A stretch of 62,779 nucleotides of DNA, counting the filler, from Chiloscyllium plagiosum (lineage: Eukaryota): NCBI RefSeq assembly GCF_004010195.1. It is 4 parts of one record of this genome, joined end to end, with 100 filler letters (N's around TTAATTAATTAA, not from the genome) between each part and the next. Parts side by side here need not be neighbours in the genome. Positions count along the whole stretch, not along the records: positions 54,269 to 62,779 come from NC_057713.1; 3 more parts are not named here. One strand, written 5' to 3'. Below the pieces are notes generated by a model. The model was given only the letters and a program-made list of their open reading frames with translations, made no database searches and was not told the origin of the DNA. This document shows positions 60,680 through 62,779 of the stretch, piece by piece. Made by a program: the position numbers and the translations under genes. Position 1 is the first letter of the stretch. Each line of letters begins with the position of its first letter.

Positions 60680-61260
60680 ACATGTGTTTGATCTGGAAAG
60701 GACACAAAAGATGGCATAACATGGCACAGAACAGGCTCTGAGATTTTGAAACTGTACAAGAAAACATGACCAATGAGATGCAGAAGGGTAGAGATCAACA
60801 GGAGGCCAGCAGCCCTCCAGACAAACTCGCAGAGTGTATCAACATCAAACTGCGGCTGGTCAATGCTGGAAGCCGAGAGACAAGAAATTGGTCGCAAAAA
60901 AAAAATCAATAACCTCATAAGTGATCAGGATCCACAAATGTAGTTTCAAGCACTGTATCACATGTAATGCACTATCAGCTTTGCACACTGTCCAATGCAC
61001 CACAACCCCCTCACCAACCACTAACAATATGCTCCATTTCACCTCACACATGCATCACAGTTGCAAACCTCAAATCAACAGCTTACACAGATTGCTGGTT
61101 ATTCAACCATGGCTGCCACATCACCCAAACAGATACATTTGACTCACTGACGTAGCTTCATCTCAGTCAGGGAATAGAGTTGACACATGGCAGTAGCACC
61201 TCGTGAAAGGCGTAGGGGTTGAAGCATGGCCACATGTCTTTATCCTGACTGAGGTTACAA
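60680..61260 (+). mobile_element. Possible Harbinger Myb/SANT-like ORF remnant
   Basis: An RKK.INNL-like motif at ~60893-60917 and overall resemblance to 45890-46900; very degenerate. Confidence 0.3.
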
Positions 61261-61599
61261 TGGTTACCATCACTGTCTTTCAGCTGGAAGAATTAGATAG
61301 CAAATTGAAGATATTAAGACTGTAAAAATAAGCTCAGAATTTTATAGATAGCTACTGAAGCACTGAGTTAATGTATGTGAAGTGTGACAAAAAATGAAAG
61401 GTCTCACTTATCCTGTAATTTCTTGAACTTTTCCCTAACTATAACAACAATGGCACCAAAATAATGTAAAATTGATCTAAGTTCTACACTTAATTTTTAA
61501 TAATAGCAAATTCATTTGGATTTGTATTAGTTTTCTCTCCATGCCCATGCGGAATGAAAAAAATAATGGCACAGGTGAAAGTTTTTACATTTTGGGTGT

Positions 61600-61850
61600 G
61601 CACTGACACAGTTGTTTTGTTACTGACTAGTATTCCAGGGATCCAGGCAATGTTTTGCGGACCTGGGTTTGAGTCCTGCCAAGTCAGATGAATTGCATGA
61701 ACAAAACGTTGGAACTAAGAAATCCAGTGATAACCATGGACCATTGTCAATTGTTGGAAAAACTCACCTGCTTCACTAATATCCTTTAGAGAAGGAAAAC
61801 CTACCCATTCTTACCTGTGACTCCAGACCCACAGAAAAGTAGCTCTAAAA
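61600..61850 (+). mobile_element. Degenerate tRNA-headed SINE (different from HE1)
   Basis: B-box-like gggtttgagtcc followed by cttcactaatatcctttagagaaggaaa...tgactccagacccacag, a recurrent shark repeat from recall. Confidence 0.5.
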
Positions 61851-62654
61851 TTAGGTTAAGAGCCGAGGCAGTCTTATCTCAATTAATAATAAGGTTTATG
61901 ATGAGTAATGTATCATGCAGCAGGACAGTTAAATATAGCATGAGGAATACAACACTCTACATATTATCTTGATAGGCCCATATTTAGAATATTTGGTGTT
62001 AAGAGAAATATGAACAAGGTCCACAGATGGGATCTTCTTTAGAACTTCAGTCTAAGCTCTTTAGTTAAGCATTGCTAATGTTCATTGCAAAAACACAGGG
62101 TGAAGTTTGCCTTCAGCGATGGTGCCAGGACATGATGGCAAATAGCCCATTTCATCTCATGATTTACTCTCTTTTTCCACTGACTTTGAATTAATACTGC
62201 ACATTTTACATGAGCATTGCAGGTCAATTCCACCACCACTAACTTCAAATTCATGTTTTTAAATAACAAAGCTGATAGATTTTGTGCAGGTGGTAAAATT
62301 ACTTGAACTAAGTAGACAATAAGAGTATTTTGATGGAAAATAAGAGAAAAAAAAACTAAATTGGGCTCAGTGTCAGAAATTACCTCTATCCACAGAGGTG
62401 TGATTAAACTCTGCAATAAATTATCAGAATACTTACTCAGTTTGGAGTTGCTATTATGGAACTCAAAACCATTTTTAAAATATAGGAGGACCTGTGACCA
62501 GTGACAGTAGTCTTCTGGAGCTTATTTGATCGCCTTAGAAATGGGAGGTTGTTTAGGGAACACTTACGGCAAATACTGGATAGATTTGTCCCTCTGAGGC
62601 AAGGAAGGAACGGTAGGGTGAAAGAACCTTGGATGACAAAGACATATGGAACAT

Positions 62655-62779
62655 TTAGATTAGATTACATTACATTACATTACAGTGTGGAAACAGGCCC
62701 TTCGGCCCAACAAGTCCACACCGACCCGCCGAAGCGAAACCCACCCATACCCCTACATTTACCCCTTACCTAACACTAC
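62655..62779 (-). mobile_element. HE1-type SINE 3' part, truncated by window end, inserted in a CR1 fragment (~62520-62655)
   Basis: Reverse complement of 2695-2819 with (attag)/(attac) tail repeats. Confidence 0.85.

Noticed and set aside
42744..62779. Next SNTG1 exon (expected AVLWRYKFSQLKGSSDDGK...)
   Set aside because: Not found by eye; presumably beyond the window or in the gap at 54169-54268.

Overview
Vertebrate genomic DNA, most likely a shark (inferred from HE1-type SINEs and the CR1/Penelope repeat landscape), from a gapped draft assembly. Two protein-coding genes can be read on the + strand. (1) A complete, compact PPDPFL/C8orf22-like gene: TATA/CCAAT promoter, a probable non-coding exon 1, four coding exons at 1848-3073 giving 83 aa, and AATAAA at 3570. 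The ORF track misses it. (2) Three consecutive late exons of gamma-1 syntrophin (SNTG1) at 27560-27631, 33128-33280 and 42651-42743. As assembled, PPDPFL appears to sit inside an SNTG1 intron on the same strand, although two gaps of unknown size lie between them. The rest is mostly repeat: CR1 LINE fragments, HE1 SINEs, Penelope-like elements carrying minimal hammerhead-ribozyme motifs (two form large hairpins), a Tx1/Keno-type retrotransposon fused to the first 35 nt of U2 snRNA, a head-to-head pair of LTR ends each with a tRNA-Pro primer-binding site, Harbinger remnants, a decayed tRNA-Asp copy and two multi-kb minisatellites (23 bp and 18 bp units). I found no evidence of a wholly new biological system. 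The best leads are the nested gene, the U2-retroelement chimera, the hammerhead motifs and the inverted LTR-PBS pair. All homology calls are from recalled sequences, not database searches.
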